NCBI GenBank assembly: GCA_965207885.1
Contig: OZ242311.1
Span: forward strand, 1,344,001-1,408,000
DNA from: Candidatus Latescibacterota bacterium
GTDB lineage: Bacteria > Latescibacterota > UBA2968
Length of the DNA: 64,000 nt
Direction of reading: 5' to 3'
This document shows positions 57,348 to 64,000 of this stretch, one piece after another. Made by a program: the position numbers and the translations under genes. Position 1 is the stretch's first letter, and each line of letters begins with the position of its first letter. Under the pieces are notes generated by a model. It worked only from the letters and a program-made list of their open reading frames with translations. It had not been told where the DNA came from and did not search any database.

Positions 57348-58160
57348 CTATAAATGACAAATCGCGCAACCCTCAGTCTCATCAATCACGGGCAAGTCTC
57401 TGAGAGGTTGATCTACAATATCATCCAGGGTTTTCCCATCCACCCAGGTAAATTTCTTCCCATCCTTCACCTGTTCGTATTCTTTGGCCTTCTCGAACAG
57501 ATCAGGATGTTCTTCTTTCAACCTCTGCCACTCCCCAATCTGCTGATAAAAGCAAAAGTAACACCCCGACCGTGACCGCCACTTGTAATACTCAGGCAAT
57601 CCCAATCCAGACTCTTCCAGAATCTGTTTAATATCCGATAGGCCAAGCCCATCATCCTTAAACGGATAAACCGGAATAATATTAGGCTGTTGAGAAATCG
57701 AGGGGGGTTTTTTTGCGATGTACCCATCCCGGTCTTCATCGTCGCGGATACCAATATAACTATATGCCTGGCTATCACCAACATAATCCTCAAAAGGTTC
57801 AATTTTTAACACGCGAGTACACCACCGTGATCTCGGGCTGGGCAAATAGCCGCCGTATATTTCATTCAAATACATATCAAACGGATTGCGCCCGGGTTTC
57901 TTCTCCACCTTTAAGCCGTCGAGCGCGTTCAAATGCACGATTTTCACGCCTAACAAGGCTTCCAAACGCTCCAGGTATTGATATGTCTCATCCAATTCGC
58001 ATCCGGTATCACAAAACACATACTCTGCACGGATCTCTGGATAATACTGACGCATATAAATCGCCAATGCAGCAGAATCTTTCCCGCCCGATACACTAAC
58101 AATGTGGCGCATCTCGGGATTATCCTGCAAGCTTGCCAGTGCTTCCTTGAGCGTTGCCAT
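57348..58160 (-). CDS. sspD: PAPS reductase-family ATP pyrophosphatase (SspD-like)
   Basis: VSVSGGKDS, FCDTG.E, P....RWCTR.LKI.PF, IGIR.DE, RSRSGCYFCFYQ, C-terminal CAICHL. Confidence 0.8.
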   Translation of the reverse strand: MATLKEALASLQDNPEMRHIVSVSGGKDSAALAIYMRQYYPEIRAEYVFCDTGCELDETYQYLERLEALLGVKIVHLNALDGLKVEKKPGRNPFDMYLNEIYGGYLPSPRSRWCTRVLKIEPFEDYVGDSQAYSYIGIRDDEDRDGYIAKKPPSISQQPNIIPVYPFKDDGLGLSDIKQILEESGLGLPEYYKWRSRSGCYFCFYQQIGEWQRLKEEHPDLFEKAKEYEQVKDGKKFTWVDGKTLDDIVDQPLRDLPVIDETEGCAICHL

Positions 58161-61100
58161 TTTCCGTCTCCCCTGTTAGTTGCTCCGAAATTAAAGCGTG
58201 AGCCTGCTCTTCCCCCACCAAATCTTTTAGACGACCGATCAATTCACCAATCCTCCCACTTACGAGAATGGCAAGACCTTGAACGGCTTCCCCATTGTCT
58301 TTCATATTCGCATCTGCGGACAGAGCAGATTCCTCTATACGTCGCACCACATTCTGAACTTCACGATCAAAATTCGCGATCGTGCTGTCATCCCACCGCG
58401 ATGTGGTTTTACCCGATAGCAAACTCGCCAGCGAATCTAAAAACAAAGCATCGGTCTCATAAGGCATCCGCATTCGAGACAGCAACCCCTTTGCAACACC
58501 ATCTGTCAACTGCATCACAAATTCTCGCGGAAAACACTCTGCCCAACGCCTCGCGCACTCGCGGATATTATCTTCTCGACCTCGCACCCCAATAGAAATT
58601 GCACGACGCAATGAAGTTGCAGCGTGTTTGCGAAAAATACCCACTACATCATCCAACTCTTGCTTATGCGTTACCAGAGCATTCAAAAATGCATCGCAAT
58701 CATCCAATGAATAGCCCAATAGCGCACCGGGAATCCGTTCAAACAGCAACTGCACGGGGTCCGACGACCGTTGAATCGCTGCCTGAAAACGACGTGCTCG
58801 TTCAGATACTTGCTTTGTCGTCAATGCAGCCGGGGGCAATTGCGCCTTCCATGCTTCCAGTGCATCGTAACACCGACGTATGAGATCGCCATCGGGCATC
58901 TGCCCTACGTGTTCGCCAGCAAAGCACTGATAAAACCCGAGCAAATAGTCGCGTTTGGACGTATCTATATCCAGCACAATCAATTGATAGTGATCTGGCT
59001 CGCGGCACAACTGCTCGATAACAGATGGCAATACATCGGCCACGTATTTACCCTCGTACGCCAAAGATAATGCACTCGGAAATGCCTTTAAGCCCGTCCC
59101 AAATAGAATGGGCAACAATCCAGCGCGAACCCCATAAGGCGGTGCCATAAGCGTATTGAAAAATCCCTGAATATCCTTCGGCTCTTTTGCAGGTGTTGTC
59201 AAAAATACGCGAACCTCATCCCAAACGCCTCTTAGCCCTTCGTCTTCTACTTCCTCGGACATCGCATAACGCCAGCGTCCATCATCGTCTTCTCTATATA
59301 ATCCTGTGTGCAACAACACCGTACGGAACATGGACGCATCCGGGTAATTACCCTCTATGCCCAGCATCTCCTGACCTGACCTCTCCAGCACACCGAGCAA
59401 CAGTTTTTTGCGGGAGTTCACAATGGTGGCTGCAGGCTTGTTACGCACGATGAGTTCATTATTGATCTTTGGCGTCAGAGGATATACTTGCTTTGCGATC
59501 TCAGATAAAGCACTGCGCAACGCGCTCGGACTCTGCACATCAAGCTCTGCCCCACGATAAAACCATCGTGGACCATTGGGCGCAGGATGCACGAGCCGAT
59601 CAATCAAACGCTGCATAAGCCCGCGCGCATCATCGGCCATCTGATGTAACTCGGGCACTACGAGAGGATCGGAATCGACAAGGTCGGCATCAAATTGCAT
59701 TTGGGACAGACACCAAACCTCAAGCGCGGCTTCAAACAGCGGTAGAGGTTCTCTCGGAATTGCCAGTATCACGCGGTCGTGATCCGAATGATTGCGTGCC
59801 GTATCCTCGGCATAATCCAACTCGCTATGTGTCTCAGCCGTTACATAAACAATTTTGCCATCACTCGCATCTTCAACATAATCTGTTTGAAACTCCGGAC
59901 TCAAAAATCCTCGTAAGGTACTCTGGTTTTGAAATTCACCGACAAAATACCGCCGAATACAAAACTCGTCATTATAACGCACAGGTCGCCAGGCGGGAGG
60001 ACGCACTTCTTCCGTCAGAAATTCCCATAACTCAAAGGTATCGCGATATCGATTCTTCTCTTCTTCCAATCGCCCCCGCAAATCCATATCCGTGCCATGC
60101 CACACAGCCACTTCATCACTGTGCTTGCGGTGGAGCAGCAACTTATGCTCAATCAAGCGATCAATTGTTGCAGTTTCACGCTTTGATTCAATATACCCTT
60201 TCAGGGCAAATTCCAAAAGGTCACGACCCGCACGTGACCGCTCTCCACTCGTGCCCAACCCCAACAAACACGCTATTTTCAACGCACTGACAGCATCTTC
60301 GTCGTGACCGACCTTTGTCAACGCACTTTGTGTTTCCAACCACTGCCGATACGTCCCCCCCACAGCAGAATCTGCACGCATATCTGGAGAGAAAAAATCG
60401 TAAAGCGCGTCGGGTTTCACAAAGGACGTAAAATCTACCTGGTAGAGAAAACTAAATAACGTGCGTTCATTTTGCGCCACACGCGCTGAAAGACGAGGCA
60501 ACAAATACAACGCAACAGGCTCAAGCGGACAAGAAAGTACAAATAAATCTGCCAATTCCTTCCTGGTAAAATCAGAAAAAATATCCAACTCACGGCACTG
60601 ATTAACAGCCCTTTGAATCGCTTTTTTGTCGATCTTATCGAATTGTGATCGGGCAGATACGGCTTCAGCAATCAGGCGATAAATCTCTTTGCTGTCATCG
60701 ATATACTGAATGGTCTGAAAACGCCCCTCAATTTTTCGCCATTCGGTTCGCACCGCCTGCGGCATACTACCTGCATATTGCAACAACTCCTGGTGCAACA
60801 ATAGCCCGAGTGTCACGGGAATGGCCTTAGACCGACTCACGAACTCGGCCAACGACTGAATTTCACTCAAAGCAGCGGAACGCCCTTCGGAAATCAATGA
60901 CTCAATATGGCGTCCAAACTCATCCCACAAAATCACAATCCGATCACAGCCTGATGCAAGCGCCTTATCCCGGACCGCGGCGAGCAATTCTATTGCCTGA
61001 TCAATCGTCTCACACGGCATGGCGTCAATCGCACGCGCTTGACGACCGAGCTTGATACGCCACATCCCCTTGAGTGCGGCATCTTTCAGGCTCGTACTTA

Positions 61101-61467
61101 AATCCCGACAATAGCCCTGCAATGCCAGCACAAGCCCATTGTCTTTCGCTTTGCGACGTTCTTTGGAAAACTTACCCAAATCTGGACTAACCACCTTCAA
61201 CTTGTCTTCAACAGTAGATAGTGTTTCATCGGCATCGGGACGATTTTCAACCAAATGCAACAAATAGGTCGCTGTAATTGATTTCCCCGTTCCATAGGGT
61301 GCGACCACAAAAAAGGCGCGATCAGGCATCTGTCCCGCGAGTGCCTTGAGCAGCGATACACTCTTCCCCGTTGGGCGATAGTGAGACACCCGCTCGGGAT
61401 AATTGGCATCGTATTGGATATTGATAGAGCGCAAAAACGCTTCAGCAGTCTGTTCATTATGCGGCAC
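58120..61467 (-). CDS. sspC: Large P-loop ATPase (SspC-like)
   Basis: FLRSINIQYD, APYGTGKS Walker A, ILWDEFGR Walker B, LLHQ, EW.KIEGRF, QNERTLFSFL, PPYGVRAG; sits between DUF4007 and PAPS reductase genes. Confidence 0.8.
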   Translation of the reverse strand: MPHNEQTAEAFLRSINIQYDANYPERVSHYRPTGKSVSLLKALAGQMPDRAFFVVAPYGTGKSITATYLLHLVENRPDADETLSTVEDKLKVVSPDLGKFSKERRKAKDNGLVLALQGYCRDLSTSLKDAALKGMWRIKLGRQARAIDAMPCETIDQAIELLAAVRDKALASGCDRIVILWDEFGRHIESLISEGRSAALSEIQSLAEFVSRSKAIPVTLGLLLHQELLQYAGSMPQAVRTEWRKIEGRFQTIQYIDDSKEIYRLIAEAVSARSQFDKIDKKAIQRAVNQCRELDIFSDFTRKELADLFVLSCPLEPVALYLLPRLSARVAQNERTLFSFLYQVDFTSFVKPDALYDFFSPDMRADSAVGGTYRQWLETQSALTKVGHDEDAVSALKIACLLGLGTSGERSRAGRDLLEFALKGYIESKRETATIDRLIEHKLLLHRKHSDEVAVWHGTDMDLRGRLEEEKNRYRDTFELWEFLTEEVRPPAWRPVRYNDEFCIRRYFVGEFQNQSTLRGFLSPEFQTDYVEDASDGKIVYVTAETHSELDYAEDTARNHSDHDRVILAIPREPLPLFEAALEVWCLSQMQFDADLVDSDPLVVPELHQMADDARGLMQRLIDRLVHPAPNGPRWFYRGAELDVQSPSALRSALSEIAKQVYPLTPKINNELIVRNKPAATIVNSRKKLLLGVLERSGQEMLGIEGNYPDASMFRTVLLHTGLYREDDDGRWRYAMSEEVEDEGLRGVWDEVRVFLTTPAKEPKDIQGFFNTLMAPPYGVRAGLLPILFGTGLKAFPSALSLAYEGKYVADVLPSVIEQLCREPDHYQLIVLDIDTSKRDYLLGFYQCFAGEHVGQMPDGDLIRRCYDALEAWKAQLPPAALTTKQVSERARRFQAAIQRSSDPVQLLFERIPGALLGYSLDDCDAFLNALVTHKQELDDVVGIFRKHAATSLRRAISIGVRGREDNIRECARRWAECFPREFVMQLTDGVAKGLLSRMRMPYETDALFLDSLASLLSGKTTSRWDDSTIANFDREVQNVVRRIEESALSADANMKDNGEAVQGLAILVSGRIGELIGRLKDLVGEEQAHALISEQLTGETENGNAQGSTGKLAG

Positions 61468-62371
61468 GACGGTCTCCTCGTTCCAAATCTGCGTAATAGT
61501 TCCGCAACCAATCGAGAGGTTTTTTCTTAGTCACTCGAATCATACGACTACCAGCCAGGCCAGCAATCTGAATCTCCCGCGCCCCCAGAGTGGCTTCAAC
61601 CTGTGAGGTTAAGTCAAACAACGATTCACTTGTCAACACAAATGCTCGCCCGGGGCCACCGGGTTGTCGCGCAGCCTGAAGTAGCGGAATATCTACGGTC
61701 CCCTCACCTTCAGTCAAGTCTGGAAAAGCCTGAGCCAGAGCATAACCAAACAAATGAGGAGGCACATCCTTCATACCCTGATGTAATTGATAATATCCCG
61801 ACATCCGAAAATGGTTCAACAACCCCAATTCGACAAATGGACATTCCCGCGCTTCTTCTGGATCATCGTGCTCAACGGGAATCACGCGTCCATAGCTGGC
61901 CAGCATACATGCGAGATCGCGTTCCAAAGTCGATGTCCTGGGAGAACGGACCCCCGACATAAGCACATGCCGGCGTAAACTCTCCAAGCACACCGACCGA
62001 TCAAATCGGTGCAAATTAAAATGGTTGAAGAACCATTTCCAAGTATATACCTGTGTCTTGGGGGCAACCAGATTTAGATGCAAAGCCCACCATGTCCCTG
62101 CTTCATTAAAATAGCGATCACGCTCATAAATAAGCCTACCAAGTTCTGTTTCTTCCAACGGGGACTGACGCCCATTACCTGTCACGCGCTCAGCCAATCC
62201 CGTTACCACCAGCCAATGACGAATAGAACGAGACATATTTTTTCCAACGCCGAGCCAATCGGCAACATATTCATCATATAGCAACTCGGGATCCTCAATG
62301 AGTAGCTTAAGCCCTTTGTGAAGCCATCCCTCTCGAATTGCAAAAGTTTCGTGTCCACTAAATTTCATCAT
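61457..62371 (-). CDS. sspB: DUF4007 family protein (SspB-like)
   Basis: FSGHETF.IREGWLHKG, LGVGKNM..SIRHWL, D.Y.....T.W.LH, CPF.ELGL. Confidence 0.85.
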   Translation of the reverse strand: MMKFSGHETFAIREGWLHKGLKLLIEDPELLYDEYVADWLGVGKNMSRSIRHWLVVTGLAERVTGNGRQSPLEETELGRLIYERDRYFNEAGTWWALHLNLVAPKTQVYTWKWFFNHFNLHRFDRSVCLESLRRHVLMSGVRSPRTSTLERDLACMLASYGRVIPVEHDDPEEARECPFVELGLLNHFRMSGYYQLHQGMKDVPPHLFGYALAQAFPDLTEGEGTVDIPLLQAARQPGGPGRAFVLTSESLFDLTSQVEATLGAREIQIAGLAGSRMIRVTKKKPLDWLRNYYADLERGDRRAA

Positions 62372-63549
62372 CCCACCTCTGCTGAAAGCGACAACCGTCG
62401 CCGACTAAACCTCCGCAATTGTTCACACAACCACGCCAGATGTGCAACCGTATCATCGACATCTTCAACCGTATTAAACTCCGAAAAACTAAATCGGATA
62501 CTCGCATAAGCCTCGGATTCAGACAGGCCCATAGCTCGCAACACATACGAAGGCTCGGGTCGCTGATTGGTACATGCCGAACTCTGTGAACAGCGAATCC
62601 CTTCCTGGTCCAACCGTGCCACGAGTGCCTGACCATCCACATCTCGAAAAAGCAAATTCGTCGCATTGCAAACTCGCATATCGGGATCGCCATTGATCTC
62701 GACATCGGGCACGCGATCAATGACTGATTGCTCAAAATCATCTCGAAGCGAAGCCATAAGCCCCTGTATATCCTCTAATCGCTCCAACCGCAACTGAGCC
62801 GCGGTTCCCATGCCAATAATACCCGGCACATTCTCCGTCCCTGGTCGCAACCCACCTTCTTGCGATCCGCCCCAAAGCAATGGCAATAACTCTTTGGACG
62901 ACCTTACATAAAGTGCCCCAATTCCCTGTGGCCCGTGGAATTTGTGCGCTGTAAAAGTTAAAAAATCAATGGGCAGTTCTGTTATAGAAACGGGCAGTTT
63001 ACCAACAGCCTGCGCCGCATCAGTGTGAAATAACACCCCTCGAGATTGACAAAGCCGAGCAACCCGCTCAATGGGCAAAATCGCGCCTGTTTCATTATTC
63101 ACCCACTGCACAGAAACCAGATCAGTATCTGGCGTAATAGCCTCATCCAATGCTTCCCAAGCCAACTGCCCGCAACGATCCACCGGAACAGATACCACTT
63201 CAACGCCTCTTGCGCCGAGATAGTCACACATCTTCACAATTGACGAGTGTTCTACGGTCGTCGTCACAATGCGAACCCGTTTTTCGGTTGGGGCACGTTG
63301 AACAACAGAATTAAACACCGTGTTATTTGCCTCCGTTCCACTCCCCATAAACACAATCTGATCGGCCTCAGCCCCCACCAACTGTGCAACGGCTTCACGC
63401 GCTGCAACCATTGCTTCGCGCACCCGATCACCAGCCGAATGTGCGCTCGACGGATTGCCAAAATCCTCGCCCATTACACGCATCATTGTTTCGCGCACCT
63501 CGGGCAAAGGCTTTGTTGTCGCATTATTGTCTAAATACACTTCTCTCAT
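62368..63549 (-). CDS. sspA: Cysteine desulfurase (SspA/DndA/IscS-like)
   Basis: YLDNNATT, GNPSS.H, GTEANN, EHSS, NNETG, HTDAAQAVGK, TAHKFHGPQG, R.GTEN, SQSSAC, PSYVL.AMG; ATG 63549; ATGA overlap with DUF4007 gene. Confidence 0.88.
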   Translation of the reverse strand: MREVYLDNNATTKPLPEVRETMMRVMGEDFGNPSSAHSAGDRVREAMVAAREAVAQLVGAEADQIVFMGSGTEANNTVFNSVVQRAPTEKRVRIVTTTVEHSSIVKMCDYLGARGVEVVSVPVDRCGQLAWEALDEAITPDTDLVSVQWVNNETGAILPIERVARLCQSRGVLFHTDAAQAVGKLPVSITELPIDFLTFTAHKFHGPQGIGALYVRSSKELLPLLWGGSQEGGLRPGTENVPGIIGMGTAAQLRLERLEDIQGLMASLRDDFEQSVIDRVPDVEINGDPDMRVCNATNLLFRDVDGQALVARLDQEGIRCSQSSACTNQRPEPSYVLRAMGLSESEAYASIRFSFSEFNTVEDVDDTVAHLAWLCEQLRRFSRRRLSLSAEVG

Positions 63550-63640
63550 GATCAACTCTCATTAAAAGCAAAATTCGTACCAAAAATCGAAACTTTTTCT
63601 AAATCCCTGTAAATTTTCGATCTAAGACCACCGACAAATT

Positions 63641-63907
63641 TCAGACCCTGGACAAATCAGAGCGGTTATGGTTAAAAAGTTTCAACTGATTTGCATCGGA
63701 TTGATCAATAGGTTCAATTCGATTGGCAAACTGGCGAATCTCTTCCGCCTCAGCAGAAGTGAAGAGAATTTGCCGACCACGATACCGATGTCCAGCAGGA
63801 ACTTTGCCTTCATTCCGCCATCGCCAAAGCGTTTGGCGCGACACATTCAAAGCATCTATGACCTCGGTTGCTGAATAATAGGTGATACTGTCAATCTGAA
63901 TCGGCAT
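63641..63907 (-). CDS. Small winged-HTH DNA-binding protein (excisionase/AlpA/MerR-like)
   Basis: YYSATEV...LNVSRQTLWRWRNEGKVP...R.RGRQILFT..E pattern. Confidence 0.85.
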   Translation of the reverse strand: MPIQIDSITYYSATEVIDALNVSRQTLWRWRNEGKVPAGHRYRGRQILFTSAEAEEIRQFANRIEPIDQSDANQLKLFNHNRSDLSRV

Positions 63908-64000
63908 ATCGATGTCTCGCAGTGTCTTAAAGCGTTACGTATGTCTCTTTATGTAACATGCAGTTCTATGCTAAGACTCAAATATGCTACTGTCAACAAC

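Noticed and set aside
55622-63549. Canonical dndABCDE or BREX type 4
   Set aside because: No SMC-like DndD or DndE, and the PAPS protein is short; DUF4007 and PAPS reductase are separate genes and no pglZ/brxL is in the window. The order fits sspABCD.

Overview
Bacterial genomic window, mostly + strand to ~50.7 kb and - strand after that. The gene content (sulfatases, GH29, several PhyH dioxygenases, ankyrin, Rpn, DUF433) is reminiscent of marine or sponge-associated uncultured lineages such as Latescibacterota or Gemmatimonadota; this is inference only. Layout: (1) 1-14.8 kb: rnc end, lipoate-ligase family gene, an uncharacterised GlmL-like ATPase / lipoyl-like protein / four-membrane-protein cluster, orphan oppD-oppF, a peptidase-propeller-barrel outer-membrane protein and a UbiA gene. 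(2) 14.9-34 kb: sulfatase/fucosidase/dioxygenase catabolic genes and housekeeping genes (purT, mnmA, pheA), with one intact ISAba1-like IS4 element (TIRs plus 8-bp TSD). (3) 34-39.2 kb: YtrA-type GntR/ABC cassette with a duplicated permease and a frameshifted CPBP protease. (4) 39.5-47.4 kb: a putative new sigma54-controlled RiPP locus: kinase-ATPase-TPR-GAF-bEBP, three palindromic UAS sites, a -24/-12 promoter, a 59-aa single-Cys SCIFF-like precursor, a rSAM/SPASM maturase and a second sensor-less bEBP. (5) 47.5-55.5 kb: EndoQ-UvrD fusion with a clamp-binding motif, catabolic genes, Rpn. (6) 55.6-64 kb: an SspABCD-type DNA phosphorothioation operon in which the usual SspE position is occupied by a GIY-YIG nuclease plus a DndB/DGQHR protein. 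Loci 6, 4 and 1 are the best candidates for undescribed systems. All family calls come from motif recognition by eye, not from database searches.
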